This document shows positions 30,101-40,856 of a stretch of 64,000 nt of DNA, in pieces. The stretch is from Bacteroidota bacterium (lineage in GTDB: Bacteria > Bacteroidota > Bacteroidia > AKYH767-A > OLB10): the NCBI GenBank assembly GCA_023251535.1, contig JAHEYP010000001.1:146178-210177 (forward strand). Reading direction: 5' to 3'. The notes beneath the pieces were generated by a model, which saw only the letters and a list, made by a program, of their open reading frames with translations, was not told the origin of the DNA and did no database searches. Positions within the stretch are counted from its first letter, which is position 1. Every line of letters starts with the position of its first letter. The translations under genes and the position numbers were made by a program.

Positions 30101-31171
30101 ATGGATGCAGTATTTTATAATGGAGTTAGTGCAAGGCCTATTGATGCGCAAGTGTCGCTGCACGACGAAAAGCAACAGCTGCTCATAGAAGTTGATGGAG
30201 AAACGCCAATCCTTATTGAGTTTAGTGATATCTCAATCACACACAGTGAAAAAGGATTAATCGTTTTATCGTTTGGCAAAAATCCAAATAGAGTAATTGA
30301 AGTAAAAGATGAGTCATTCAGAACTCATTATTTAAAAGTTAATCATTCCGGCAAAAAAGGTATCACCTATTTCAAATTATTAAATGCCGGCTGGAAAGTT
30401 CATGTATTATTGGCTTTGCTCATCATCGGATTTTGCTTTGGCACGTACTTCTACTTCATTCCATATATTGTTGAAAGTGCTGTTACTCTCCTTCCTCGTA
30501 GCTTCGATAAAAAAGTAGGCGATTTAGCTTTCGAACAAGCAATTGCAGGAGAAGAAATCGATAGTGCCGCTTCCATAACAATGAACGAGTATTTAAAGGA
30601 AATGATGCCCGATGAATACAAAAACTATCATTTGAATGTTGTTAAAAGCGATGAATTAAATGCCTTTGCTTTGCCTAATGGCGAAATTGTTATCTATACC
30701 AAAATGCTAAGGCATATTAAAACCGACGACGAACTCAGCGGACTTCTATCACACGAAATTTCTCATGTAACTAATCGTCATTCGATGCGATTGCTTTGCA
30801 AAAGTTTATCGGGCTATTTGTTACTAAGTGTAATGCTAAATGATGTCAACGGATTAATGACCATCATTCTAGATAATGCACATAACCTTCAACAATTATC
30901 ATTCTCACGTCACTACGAAGAAGAAGCTGATTTATCTGGGTTAAAAATGCTCGAACATTATAAAATCAATCCTAAAGGGATGATCGACTTATTTGAAATT
31001 CTTCAAAAAGAAAATACAATAAATGTACCCGGCTTTCTGAGCACACACCCAGTAACGTCCGATAGAATTTCATACATCAAACAACATATCAGCAAACATC
31101 CTTATACTTTTACACCGCATCCCGAATTGATGACACTGTTAAACAAAGCTAAAACTCAATTATCAAAATGA
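30101..31171 (+). CDS. M48-family zinc metallopeptidase, membrane-anchored
   Basis: HEISHVTNRH (HExxH) with a downstream EEEAD. Internal TM segments. Confidence 0.8.
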   Translation: MDAVFYNGVSARPIDAQVSLHDEKQQLLIEVDGETPILIEFSDISITHSEKGLIVLSFGKNPNRVIEVKDESFRTHYLKVNHSGKKGITYFKLLNAGWKVHVLLALLIIGFCFGTYFYFIPYIVESAVTLLPRSFDKKVGDLAFEQAIAGEEIDSAASITMNEYLKEMMPDEYKNYHLNVVKSDELNAFALPNGEIVIYTKMLRHIKTDDELSGLLSHEISHVTNRHSMRLLCKSLSGYLLLSVMLNDVNGLMTIILDNAHNLQQLSFSRHYEEEADLSGLKMLEHYKINPKGMIDLFEILQKENTINVPGFLSTHPVTSDRISYIKQHISKHPYTFTPHPELMTLLNKAKTQLSK

Positions 31172-31569
31172 ATCAAAAAAAAGTTAAGGCAATAGGTGGA
31201 GTTTTCTTTAAGTCGGAAAATCCAAAAGAGATGCAGGATTGGTATGATCGTCATTTAGGTCTTTCATTTCAACAGAAAGGATATCATTCATTTTTATGGA
31301 AAGACAATGAATCGGGAGAACAGGGACGAACAGAATTTTCTTTCTTCAAGAAGGATACGGATTATATGAATCCGTCAAAAAGTCCGTTCATGATTAATTT
31401 CGCAGTCGAAAACCTCGAAGAGCTGATAATTGAACTTAAATCTGAAGGAATTCAACAAGTTGGTGAAATAGAGTCTTATCCTTATGGTAAATTTGCATGG
31501 ATCTTAGATCCGGAAGGAAATAAGATCGAACTTTGGGAACCAATTGAAAAAGGATTCGAAACCGAATAG
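31168..31569 (+). CDS. VOC/glyoxalase-family protein
   Basis: 133 aa. IGGVFFKS... and DPEGNKIELWEP blocks typical of VOC-fold proteins. ATGA overlap with the M48 gene. Confidence 0.75.
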   Translation: MNQKKVKAIGGVFFKSENPKEMQDWYDRHLGLSFQQKGYHSFLWKDNESGEQGRTEFSFFKKDTDYMNPSKSPFMINFAVENLEELIIELKSEGIQQVGEIESYPYGKFAWILDPEGNKIELWEPIEKGFETE

Positions 31570-31581
31570 ATCATTAAAATT

Positions 31582-31785
31582 ATGTCGAAAAAGAGATTGT
31601 ATTTCTGGATAATTTACCTTGCCATCGTTACAGGTGTCTCTGCGGGATTAAAATATTTGCAAACGCATACCGACTATTTACGCGACGATCCTATGAAAAG
31701 TATTGGCTGGGTCATTTACGGAATAGTTCTCATCGTTGGTTATCGCTATTTGGTATTAATCCCAAGAAACAATGAAGAACAGTAA
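31582..31785 (+). CDS. Small two-TM membrane protein
   Basis: 67 aa with two hydrophobic helices, in an operon-like position. No family recognised. Confidence 0.4.
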   Translation: MSKKRLYFWIIYLAIVTGVSAGLKYLQTHTDYLRDDPMKSIGWVIYGIVLIVGYRYLVLIPRNNEEQ

Positions 31786-33445
31786 ATTATTATTGCTGTT
31801 ATTCAGCATCACTTTGTTTTCATGTAATTCATCGTTCGATAAAAATTCGTTTAAACAATTTAACTGGATTGAATACACATGGAAATGCCAAGCAGGGAAT
31901 ACTGTTTTTTATGAGCAATGGAATAAAATCAATGATCATACTTATAAAGGAATTAATTTCAATATCTGCAACGGACAAATTATCGAGAACGATAGTTCAT
32001 TTATCGAATTAAAAGACAACACCATTGAATTCAGATCAGGAAAATCGAAGTGGCAACTTGAATCTGTTTTCGAGAATTCATTCCGCTTCGCGAACCATGA
32101 TTTCGGAGAAGAGATAAAATATGTTTTCGACAAAAAATTAGGAGCAAATGTTCAACTTACTTTCCCTAATAAAAATGTTAGTTATTCGATGACTCGCATC
32201 GACTTAGTCGAATACTTAAAACCAACAAATTTAGAAGGAGAATACTACGGAACAGCTGACCTAAACGGAAAGCCTGCAATGTTTAGCTTATCGTTCCTTA
32301 ATGATAACGGAACAACAAACGCTTTCATGACTACAGCCGATAGTGCTATTGTTCATGAGCAAGCTACTTCTTGTTGTATAAACAATGTCAATTCTGTTTT
32401 GAATTTTACTAATAACAGCTCTCCATTTTCTATTCAATTCGACATCTTCAATAATCAACTAAAAGGATTCTTGGTAAATGAAAACAAGTTTCCTTTTACA
32501 TTAGAAAAATCGACTTCAGTATCAAACAAAAACGCTTCTATCTCTGCTTCGTATTTCCAAACAGCACAAAGTAAAATTAGTTGCAGTGTTGTTAAACCAT
32601 CTTCGGGGATAATCAAAAATGCTATCTTGATTATAGGTGAGCCATCTATCAACGGACTCGAAGGATATAACGAATTTGCATACCGTGCAGCGGCCAAAGG
32701 AATTGCCGTTTATACTTACAAACAAAATTATTTTTCGGGAGCTAAATCATATTACGAAGATTTATACATCGACTACGATAAAGCTGCGCAAGAAGCGGCC
32801 GAAGTCTTAGTTGCTTTGAAGAAAGAAAGTCTAAGCGTAACAGTTATGGCTTTCGGCGTAGGGAATTTTGTTGCAGATCAGTTGATCAGTAAAAATGTTT
32901 CTGTAAAAAATATTATCGCTGTATCACCTCCTTGCACTTCTTTCCAATCGCTTATCACCACCGAATCTTTGCGAAACCTTTATATGCGAAATACAATAAC
33001 GGAGTCGGCGGAAGCATGCAAAGAAGTATGGAATGCCATCTTTGTTTATTTAACAACGGGAAAAGAAGGACAACAAGTGCAGAAAGCAATTGATAACGCT
33101 TGGCAAGAAGGCTGGGGATCGTATTGTCTTCCTCAAGAATTGCCGAACGAAGAGACGGTTAAAAAATTTCCTCTTGCGAAGAATTTAAATGCTAATTTCA
33201 GTATAGACAGAAGCAATTTCAACATTCCTATTATTGCAATATTCGGCGAGAAAGATGTTGTGATGAATGTAAAAGAAAATGCAGAAGCACTCGATCAGCA
33301 ATTCAGTGCTAAAAAAGCATTGCTTCAAATTCGCATTTACGGAAACGCCGATCATCATTTAGAAAGCAATAATACCACCGGAACTACGTTCGTTAAATCG
33401 TTCAGCAATGAACTTTATAATGATTTATGGAAGTTATTTAAGTAG
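31772..33445 (+). CDS. Lipoprotein with C-terminal alpha/beta-hydrolase-like region
   Basis: Lipobox LFSITLFSC. The C-terminal half has a hydrolase-like layout (IIAIFGEKDVV, GNADHHL). No clear nucleophile elbow identified by eye. Confidence 0.45.
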   Translation: MKNSKLLLLLFSITLFSCNSSFDKNSFKQFNWIEYTWKCQAGNTVFYEQWNKINDHTYKGINFNICNGQIIENDSSFIELKDNTIEFRSGKSKWQLESVFENSFRFANHDFGEEIKYVFDKKLGANVQLTFPNKNVSYSMTRIDLVEYLKPTNLEGEYYGTADLNGKPAMFSLSFLNDNGTTNAFMTTADSAIVHEQATSCCINNVNSVLNFTNNSSPFSIQFDIFNNQLKGFLVNENKFPFTLEKSTSVSNKNASISASYFQTAQSKISCSVVKPSSGIIKNAILIIGEPSINGLEGYNEFAYRAAAKGIAVYTYKQNYFSGAKSYYEDLYIDYDKAAQEAAEVLVALKKESLSVTVMAFGVGNFVADQLISKNVSVKNIIAVSPPCTSFQSLITTESLRNLYMRNTITESAEACKEVWNAIFVYLTTGKEGQQVQKAIDNAWQEGWGSYCLPQELPNEETVKKFPLAKNLNANFSIDRSNFNIPIIAIFGEKDVVMNVKENAEALDQQFSAKKALLQIRIYGNADHHLESNNTTGTTFVKSFSNELYNDLWKLFK

Positions 33446-33450
33446 TATTC

Positions 33451-34242
33451 TTGAAGGAAACAATTTATAAGCTGATCCATTTCGGCTATCGTCAAGCACT
33501 CTGTTGCATCTTCCCCGCAGCAATATTCATAACACTTGCATTATCAAAGCAGCTTTCCATTCCTTGGCTGCCTCGTTATGATTTTATATTGATTGTTTGT
33601 TTGCTGATTCAAGTTTTTATGGTTTTGCTTAAACTTGAATCACTCGACGAACTCAAAGTAATTTCTCTCTTTCACATCATCGGATTATGCCTCGAACTTT
33701 ACAAAGTAAAAATGGGCTCGTGGGCTTATCCCGAATTCGCCTACGCTAAATTTTCGGGTGTACCGCTTTACAGCGGATTTATGTATGCCGGAGTAGCTAG
33801 CTATATTTGCCAAGCATGGAAACGTTTCGAATTACGCTTCGTAAGTTGGCCTAAAAACAAGTTGTCGTACCCTCTTATTATGCTGATTTATTTAAACTTT
33901 TTCACGCATCATTTTCTGCCTGATTTCAGATGGATCATCACACTTTTGCTCTTCATCGTTTTCTACCGTTCATCAGTAACATTCAAAGTGAATACTATCG
34001 GAATCGGGAAAGTAAATGTTTATCGAATGCCGATTTTACTCTCGTTTGCGCTGATCGGATTTTTTATCTGGATCGCAGAAAACATCTCCACTTTTTTCGG
34101 AGCATGGCAATACCCAAACCAAAAACACGGTTGGCATATGGTTCACTTAAGTAAAATCAGTTCTTGGTTTCTATTGGTTATTATCAGCATTGTGATTGTG
34201 GCCAACCTCAAGAAAACTAAATATCCCGATCAATTCAGTTGA
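33451..34242 (+). CDS. DUF817-like integral membrane protein
   Basis: 263 aa, about 8 TM helices, TTG start in the track. Family assignment is from memory only. Confidence 0.5.
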   Translation: MKETIYKLIHFGYRQALCCIFPAAIFITLALSKQLSIPWLPRYDFILIVCLLIQVFMVLLKLESLDELKVISLFHIIGLCLELYKVKMGSWAYPEFAYAKFSGVPLYSGFMYAGVASYICQAWKRFELRFVSWPKNKLSYPLIMLIYLNFFTHHFLPDFRWIITLLLFIVFYRSSVTFKVNTIGIGKVNVYRMPILLSFALIGFFIWIAENISTFFGAWQYPNQKHGWHMVHLSKISSWFLLVIISIVIVANLKKTKYPDQFS

Positions 34243-34964
34243 TCTAAATATTTCTTTACGGTCGATTCTAGTCCGTAGTACAATGCATCGCTAATCAGTG
34301 CATGTCCGATACTCACCTCCAACAATCCCTGAATATTCTGAGCGAAGTACTTCAAATTCTCTAAACTCAAATCGTGTCCCGCATTCAGCCCCAATCCTAC
34401 TCGATTCGCAGCTTTAGCAGCCTCCACGAATGGAGCAATGGCCTTTTCGCGATTCTGGACATACTCCGAAGCATACGACTCAGTATAAAGTTCTACGCGA
34501 TCGCATCCCGTGGCTACGGCATTTTCAATCATTTCAACATCGGCACCAACAAATAACGAAACCCTCATTCCTTCGGCCTTAAGCGCGTGAACCACCTCTT
34601 TCAGAAAATCGCAGTTTTTGATGGTATCCCAGCCGGCATTCGAAGTGAGCACATCTGGAGGATCGGGAACTAAAGTTACCTGATGCGGCTTTACCTGAAA
34701 ACATAAATCGAGGAAGTCCTGCTGGGGATATCCTTCAATATTAAACTCGGTCGACAGAACTTTCTTCAAATCAATAACATCTGAATAACGGATATGTCGG
34801 CCATCGGGACGCGGATGCACCGTAATGCCATGAGCGCCATATTTTTCGATGTTCAAAGCGGCCTCTACTACATTGGGAATCATGCCTCCACGAGCATTTC
34901 GGATGGTCGCTATTTTGTTGATATTAACACTGAGTTTTGTCACGGTAGAATAAGTTTTTAACAA
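34230..34964 (-). CDS. pdxJ: Pyridoxine 5'-phosphate synthase
   Basis: KLSVNINKIATIRNARG and HPRPDGRHI motifs. A GTG start at 34943 is also possible. Confidence 0.93.
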   Translation of the reverse strand: MLKTYSTVTKLSVNINKIATIRNARGGMIPNVVEAALNIEKYGAHGITVHPRPDGRHIRYSDVIDLKKVLSTEFNIEGYPQQDFLDLCFQVKPHQVTLVPDPPDVLTSNAGWDTIKNCDFLKEVVHALKAEGMRVSLFVGADVEMIENAVATGCDRVELYTESYASEYVQNREKAIAPFVEAAKAANRVGLGLNAGHDLSLENLKYFAQNIQGLLEVSIGHALISDALYYGLESTVKKYLDQLN

Positions 34965-35093
34965 TGCAAATACTATTTACGGTTTTATACGTTAATAACT
35001 ATCAACAGAAAAAAACCGCTTGGGTGTTGCGAAAGTACTATGTTTGCGATCAATCAGAACCATTATGCGGGAAAAACCGTATAAAAAGATAAT

Positions 35094-35756
35094 ATGTTTG
35101 CTGCAAGATTAATAAGAGATAACGTACCACCCTTGAAACCCGGAGATACCTGCGGGCGAGCTTTGATGTGGATGGACGAGTTGCGTGTGAATGCCTTGCC
35201 GGTAATCAGCGGGAGAGAATATCTCGGATTGATCAATAAACTGGATGTCACCAACCCTGCTTTAGCCAATACAACAATCAAAGATTCTGGAGTGCATTTA
35301 AATCGCGTTTTCGTATATGAAAACGAGCATGTTTATGAGCTTACGAAAGTCGCTTCCTTACATAAGCTAGATCTTGTTCCCGTTGTATCGAATGAAGAAG
35401 AGTATGCAGGACTTGTAACTGTTAACGACTTGGTGGCTTACTTTGCAGAAAGCAAGAGTGTTTATATGCCGGGCGGGATTATCATTCTCGAAATGGGATT
35501 CAAAGATTATTCAATGAGTCAAATTGCTCAGATTATCGAATCTGACGGAGCTCATTTATTAAGTGCCAGCGTATCCTCCACTCCTGATCCTCAGAAAATT
35601 GAATTAACGATCAAGGTAGATAAAGTTGATTTATCCAGAATTCTGGCTTCTTTCTATCGCTATAATTACAATGTTGTAGCTTCGTACCATCAAAGTGAAC
35701 ACAACGATGATCTTAAAAATCGTTTTGATTCATTGATGCATTACTTGAATATGTAA
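35094..35756 (+). CDS. CBS-domain protein
   Basis: 220 aa with a CBS pair (LPVISGREYLGLINKLDV, VPVVSNEEEYAGLVTVNDL). Confidence 0.75.
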   Translation: MFAARLIRDNVPPLKPGDTCGRALMWMDELRVNALPVISGREYLGLINKLDVTNPALANTTIKDSGVHLNRVFVYENEHVYELTKVASLHKLDLVPVVSNEEEYAGLVTVNDLVAYFAESKSVYMPGGIIILEMGFKDYSMSQIAQIIESDGAHLLSASVSSTPDPQKIELTIKVDKVDLSRILASFYRYNYNVVASYHQSEHNDDLKNRFDSLMHYLNM

Positions 35757-35783
35757 TCGGCAATCTGGCTGAACCGAATCCTG

Positions 35784-37199
35784 ATGGTTAAAAAATTACA
35801 ACTGTCTTTCTTTTTGCTTTTTATGCTGAGCTCAGTACTGAGCTTTGGTCAGGAATATCGCGATAGTTTGGTGAATAGCGAAAGCATCATCGATCGAATT
35901 ATCATTACCGGAAACAACAAAACAAAAGAGCATATTATCACTCGTGAATTATTATTTCACGAAGGTGATACTTTACCTAAATATATATTAGAAACATCGA
36001 TCGAAAAAAGTCGAGAGAACTTGATGAATATCGGCTTGTTCAACTTCGTTGATATTAAATATTTCCAAGGCGTTGGTGAGCATACCGATGTGCATATTCA
36101 AGTTACTGAAAGATGGTATCTCTGGCCCATGCCCATCTTCGAAATTGCTGATCGTAATTTCAACGAGTGGTTTAGCAAGAAAGACCTAAGTAGAACGAAT
36201 TACGGAATGTATGTGCGCCAGGAAAATTTCCGTGGACGAGATGAAATTTTGCAGGTGCAATTCTTGCTTGGCTACTCTCAACGACTGGGATTAGCATATA
36301 CTATTCCTTACATCAATCGCAAACAGAATCTCGGATTCACAGCAGGAGTTTTTACTACGCGCAATCACGAAATCGCATACAATACTTATCAGAATAAATT
36401 ACTGTTTTACAAAGATCCCGAACGTTATGTTCGTAAAGATCTTTCGGCATTTGTACGAGTAACGAAACGCAATGGATTGTATCAATATTTTAATACAACA
36501 TTCGAGTATAAAAAAGTATCTACAGTCGATACCGTGTTGGAGATGAATAACGACTTTTTCATCGACGGAAAAACGCATCAACAGTACTTATCAATCGGCT
36601 GGAATTTCCGTCTCGATAAACGCGATTATCAAGCTTATGCTCAACGCGGATATTTATTCGAAGCCGATATTTACAAAACAGGATTCGGATTATTAAAAAA
36701 CGAGCCACACCTCATCGGATTATCACTCGCATTCAGAAAGTATCAGCCAATAGCGCAACGATTCAATATTTCAGCAATGGTGAAAGGAAGAGTTGTACAA
36801 AGAGATGATGCTCCGTACTCGAATCAGCGAGCTTTAGGATATGGAAACGACTACATCAGAGGGTATGACTATTATGTGATGAACGGACAAAATTTTGCGC
36901 TCTTCCGCTCTAACTTTAAATACACATTAATGCCTACTAAGGTTTATAAGGCGCCTATTATCCGTTCCGATAAATTCCGATTGATACCGGTTTCGATGTA
37001 CCTCAATGCGTTTTTCGATGCCGGCTATGTTAGCGATCGACAATATGCTGAATTTAATCCACTAAATAATTCATGGCAATACAGCTATGGAATCGGCTAT
37101 GATTACGTGACGTATTATGACTTAGTTTTCAGATTCGAATTTGCCATAAATCGCCTCAACGAAAGCGGATTATTTTTCCATATCGGAACATCCTTCTAA
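35784..37199 (+). CDS. Omp85-family outer membrane protein (single POTRA + barrel)
   Basis: Signal peptide. POTRA-like region IIITGNNKTKEHIITRELLFHEGD. Beta-barrel-like C-terminus ending GLFFHIGTSF. Confidence 0.75.
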   Translation: MVKKLQLSFFLLFMLSSVLSFGQEYRDSLVNSESIIDRIIITGNNKTKEHIITRELLFHEGDTLPKYILETSIEKSRENLMNIGLFNFVDIKYFQGVGEHTDVHIQVTERWYLWPMPIFEIADRNFNEWFSKKDLSRTNYGMYVRQENFRGRDEILQVQFLLGYSQRLGLAYTIPYINRKQNLGFTAGVFTTRNHEIAYNTYQNKLLFYKDPERYVRKDLSAFVRVTKRNGLYQYFNTTFEYKKVSTVDTVLEMNNDFFIDGKTHQQYLSIGWNFRLDKRDYQAYAQRGYLFEADIYKTGFGLLKNEPHLIGLSLAFRKYQPIAQRFNISAMVKGRVVQRDDAPYSNQRALGYGNDYIRGYDYYVMNGQNFALFRSNFKYTLMPTKVYKAPIIRSDKFRLIPVSMYLNAFFDAGYVSDRQYAEFNPLNNSWQYSYGIGYDYVTYYDLVFRFEFAINRLNESGLFFHIGTSF

Positions 37200-37251
37200 A
37201 AAGCATGGTCTAAATTCCACAATTAATGTATTTTTACATCAAATTGTTTGA

Positions 37252-38130
37252 ATGAAAATTGCCCTCTACGCTCGTCAGGTATCTGAGTCGCATCATCCCT
37301 TTATTGCAAGGTTGTTTGATGAATTGATAAAACACTCCTGCCGACTGATTATCTATCAACCATTTTATAATCAGGTTAAACATCTTCTCCCTGACAAAGG
37401 AAAATTCGATATCTATAATTCGGGATCGGAAATTCGCGGGGAAGTGGATTTTATGTTTAGTATTGGAGGTGATGGCACCATCCTCGACACGGTTACACAA
37501 ATTCAAGACAGCGGCATACCCGTTTTAGGTATTAATATCGGACGCCTGGGATTCCTTTCCAGTATCGCTGCTGAAGAAATTGCAGGCGCTATTGAAAGCT
37601 TAATGAAAGGACATTTTTCACTCGATAAACGTCGTTTATTAAGACTCGAGTCGAACGTAAAAATTTTTGGAGAGGCTAACTTCGCACTCAATGAACTAAC
37701 CATTCACAAAAAGGACAGTTCGAGTATGATTATCATAAATACTTACCTTAATGGGGAGTACTTGAACTCTTATTGGGCCGATGGACTAATTATCTCGACG
37801 CCGACAGGATCAACGGGCTATTCGCTTAGTTGCGGCGGACCAATTGTTGCCCCTTACTCCGGCAATTTCGTAATTACCCCAATCGCACCCCATAACCTCA
37901 ATGTTCGTCCGATAGTAGTGTCGGATGAGAACGTTATTTCGTTGGAAGTACAAGGAAGATCACAGTATTTCTTAGCCTCGCTCGACTCACGATCTGTAAC
38001 CATCGACTCGTCGATTTCGTTAGCAGTTAGGCGTGCTGAATTCACCATAAACTTGGTGAGGATGGGAAATGATAACTTCCTCGATACCCTCAGAAAGAAA
38101 TTAAATTGGGGTCTCGATACTAGAAATTGA
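37252..38130 (+). CDS. nadK: NAD kinase
   Basis: GGDGTIL and NIGRLGFL motifs. Confidence 0.93.
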   Translation: MKIALYARQVSESHHPFIARLFDELIKHSCRLIIYQPFYNQVKHLLPDKGKFDIYNSGSEIRGEVDFMFSIGGDGTILDTVTQIQDSGIPVLGINIGRLGFLSSIAAEEIAGAIESLMKGHFSLDKRRLLRLESNVKIFGEANFALNELTIHKKDSSSMIIINTYLNGEYLNSYWADGLIISTPTGSTGYSLSCGGPIVAPYSGNFVITPIAPHNLNVRPIVVSDENVISLEVQGRSQYFLASLDSRSVTIDSSISLAVRRAEFTINLVRMGNDNFLDTLRKKLNWGLDTRN

Positions 38131-38214
38131 GACTTTTTAGCACGAAAATTCACCTTTACATGATTATGATTCATGTAAAATATTACTTTTGTACTTAGGC
38201 CTGATTGTCACCCT

Positions 38215-39120
38215 ATGAAAAAGAACCTACTCGCAATCTTATTTATTCTGTTATTTTCCTCGTCAGTAACTGAGGCTCAACGACTTAGAGCGCGCTGGAA
38301 AGCGTATCGCTATGAATGGAGCGCAGGAATCGGAGCATCTAACTTCCTTGGAGAATTGGGCGGTGCCAACCAAATTGGTACCGATGGCTTCAAAGATTTG
38401 GAAATTAGCACTACCCGTCCTTCAGTAGCTGTTGGGATGCGCTATAAGATTAGTCCGGTAATGGCAATTCACTCGCATTTGACTTACGGTCAAGTTCGTG
38501 GCGACGATAAATTGACAACTGAGAAATTCAGAAACAACAGAAATCTGAACTTCAAATCGAATATTTACGAGTTCAATACCAATTTCGAGTTCTCGTTCCT
38601 TTCATCTCGCGAAGGAGGTATCTACCGATTACGTGGTGTGAAAAGAAACAGCACATTCGAAGCTTCCATGTATGTATTTGCTGGAATCGGTGTTTTCCAT
38701 TTCAACCCGAAGGGTGAGTTAAACAAAGAATGGTATGAATTGCAACCGTTAGGCACTGAAGGTCAAGGCATTTCAGAAGCACGTTCTAAATATAAGCGTA
38801 CTCAACTTTGCATTCCTATCGGATTCGGTGGACGATATTTCTTCAACCGTCGTTGGGGTATGGGCTTTGAATTTGGAGTTCGCAAAACATTTACCGACTA
38901 CATTGATGATGTAAGTAAGACATACTACGACAACGACGCGATTTCTCAAGCGAACGGACCTATTGCTGCTGCATTAGCCGATCCTTCATTGGTTGAAACG
39001 CCTTCTACAAATGTAGGTTCTCAACGTGGCGACCCTAGCGATAAAGATGCTTACATGTTCATGATTTTCAGTATCCATTATAAATTAAGAACCGGCAGAA
39101 CCAACTTCCCTATTTTCTAA
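38215..39120 (+). CDS. Outer-membrane beta-barrel protein (DUF6089-like), copy 1
   Basis: Signal peptide. Blocks shared with the next gene (RNRNLNFKS, LQPLGTEGQG, QRGD.S.KD). Family name is from memory. Confidence 0.6.
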   Translation: MKKNLLAILFILLFSSSVTEAQRLRARWKAYRYEWSAGIGASNFLGELGGANQIGTDGFKDLEISTTRPSVAVGMRYKISPVMAIHSHLTYGQVRGDDKLTTEKFRNNRNLNFKSNIYEFNTNFEFSFLSSREGGIYRLRGVKRNSTFEASMYVFAGIGVFHFNPKGELNKEWYELQPLGTEGQGISEARSKYKRTQLCIPIGFGGRYFFNRRWGMGFEFGVRKTFTDYIDDVSKTYYDNDAISQANGPIAAALADPSLVETPSTNVGSQRGDPSDKDAYMFMIFSIHYKLRTGRTNFPIF

Positions 39121-39155
39121 TAGGCTTTGTCTCTGGTTTTCGGCAATATACTGCT

Positions 39156-40019
39156 ATGAAAATCGTTAATGTGCAGATGTTGAAATATTCGATTGCCTTT
39201 ATTGTTTTACTGGCATTACCCGTCAAAATTTTCTCTCAGTCGAGAGAGATGGGTGTGATGTTGGGTGTTATGAACTACAAAGGGGACTTACATCCTCAGA
39301 TGTACGACACCAAAAATAATCGCCCGGCGATAGGACTTTTATACCGCAGAAGTTATAGCAACCATTGGGCATTTAAAGGTGCTTTAAACTACGGACATAT
39401 CACTGCCGATGATGCAGATGCAGATGATGAATTCAGTAGAAATAGAAATCTGAACTTCAAAAGCCATATTTTGGAGTTAACAGGACAGTTCGAGTTTAAC
39501 TTTTTCCCTTACCAAACAGCGAATCCGTCAACGAAAGCAACACCATACTTACTTGCGGGATTTTCGGTATTTCACTTCAATCCTAAAGCGCTTTATAATG
39601 GCGATTACGTTGACCTTCAGCCACTTGGAACAGAAGGGCAAGGAACATCAGCTAATCCCGATGAAAAATTATACCGCCGAACTTCTGCCGCTTTTGTGTT
39701 TGGAGGAGGAATGAAATTCAAGCTCGGCCGCCGTTGGGGATGTACTATCGAAAGTGCAGTACGTAAAACTTATACCGACTACGTCGACGATGTTCATTCT
39801 ACCTATGCCGACCCGAATGCCATTCGAGTAGAATATGGCAAAACAGCTGCTATCCTCTCCGACCGCTCATTCAGCAAAGCTCCGGGAGGAAATATTGGTC
39901 GCCAGCGCGGCGATACCTCTCAGCGCGATTGGTATGTATTTACCGGAGTTCAGTTCACTTATACGCTCTCGAAACACTATATCGACTCCTGTCGACCGTT
40001 CCGAATTAAGCTTTGGTGA
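39156..40019 (+). CDS. Outer-membrane beta-barrel protein (DUF6089-like), copy 2 (tandem paralog)
   Basis: Collinear with 38215..39120: RNRNLNFKSHILE, FHFNPKA, LQPLGTEGQGTS, YTDYVDDV, RQRGDTSQRD. Confidence 0.6.
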   Translation: MKIVNVQMLKYSIAFIVLLALPVKIFSQSREMGVMLGVMNYKGDLHPQMYDTKNNRPAIGLLYRRSYSNHWAFKGALNYGHITADDADADDEFSRNRNLNFKSHILELTGQFEFNFFPYQTANPSTKATPYLLAGFSVFHFNPKALYNGDYVDLQPLGTEGQGTSANPDEKLYRRTSAAFVFGGGMKFKLGRRWGCTIESAVRKTYTDYVDDVHSTYADPNAIRVEYGKTAAILSDRSFSKAPGGNIGRQRGDTSQRDWYVFTGVQFTYTLSKHYIDSCRPFRIKLW

Positions 40020-40103
40020 TTTTTTGAGGTTAAACCACGGTTAATTGCGACAAAATCAACTCGAAAGGTAATGGTTTTATTACCTTTGTGCCCCTCATAA
40101 GTT

Positions 40104-40856
40104 ATGATTACTAAAGAACAAATCGACGCCGCAAAACTACCTTCGCATATTGCTATCATTATGGATGGTAACGGGCGTTGGGCTAAGCAACAAGGAAAGA
40201 TCCGCACCTTTGGTCATCAGCATGGGGTTACTGCCGTTCGTGATACCGTTGAGGCAGCAGCAGAAATTGGAGTTAAATTCCTCACACTTTACGCCTTCAG
40301 TACCGAAAACTGGAGTCGCCCGAAATTCGAAATCGATGCTTTAATGTCGCTTTTGGTGCAAACCATTTCGAAAGAAACTGCTACCCTGATGAAAAATAAT
40401 ATCAGATTAGCTACCATCGGAGATACTGAAAGCCTCCCTTCTGGCGTTTACAAGAAATTGCAAAAAGCAATTGACGAAACATCGGGAAATACAAGAATGA
40501 CTTTAGTACTTGCATTGAGCTATAGCTCTAGATGGGAAATTACACGCGCCGTAAAGGCTATCGCAGGCAAAGTGAAAGCCGGCGAAATCGATCCCGAAAA
40601 AATTGACGAATCAACAATATCAGATCACCTCTGCACTGCAGGATGGCCTGACCCTGAACTGATGATCCGCACCAGCGGTGAGTCACGTATCAGCAATTAT
40701 CTATTGTGGCAAATTGCCTACGCCGAATTATACTTTACCCCTAAATTATGGCCCGACTTCCGCAAGGAAGATCTCTATGAAGCCATAGTCGATTATCAGG
40801 GTCGTGAACGTCGCTTTGGTAAAGTATCCGAACAACTCAATCCAAAACATGCTTAA
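40104..40856 (+). CDS. uppS: Undecaprenyl diphosphate synthase
   Basis: [13 protein letters not shown] and [16 protein letters not shown] motifs. Confidence 0.95.
   Translation: MITKEQIDAAKLPSHIAIIMDGNGRWAKQQGKIRTFGHQHGVTAVRDTVEAAAEIGVKFLTLYAFSTENWSRPKFEIDALMSLLVQTISKETATLMKNNIRLATIGDTESLPSGVYKKLQKAIDETSGNTRMTLVLALSYSSRWEITRAVKAIAGKVKAGEIDPEKIDESTISDHLCTAGWPDPELMIRTSGESRISNYLLWQIAYAELYFTPKLWPDFRKEDLYEAIVDYQGRERRFGKVSEQLNPKHA

Noticed and set aside
40804-40848. N-terminal extensions proposed by the ORF caller for bamA, and likewise 21006..21065, 26527..26559, 48381..48404, 7229..7279 and 20928..20954.
   Set aside because: In each case an internal ATG gives a canonical signal peptide or family-typical N-terminus. 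It also removes a long overlap with the upstream gene.
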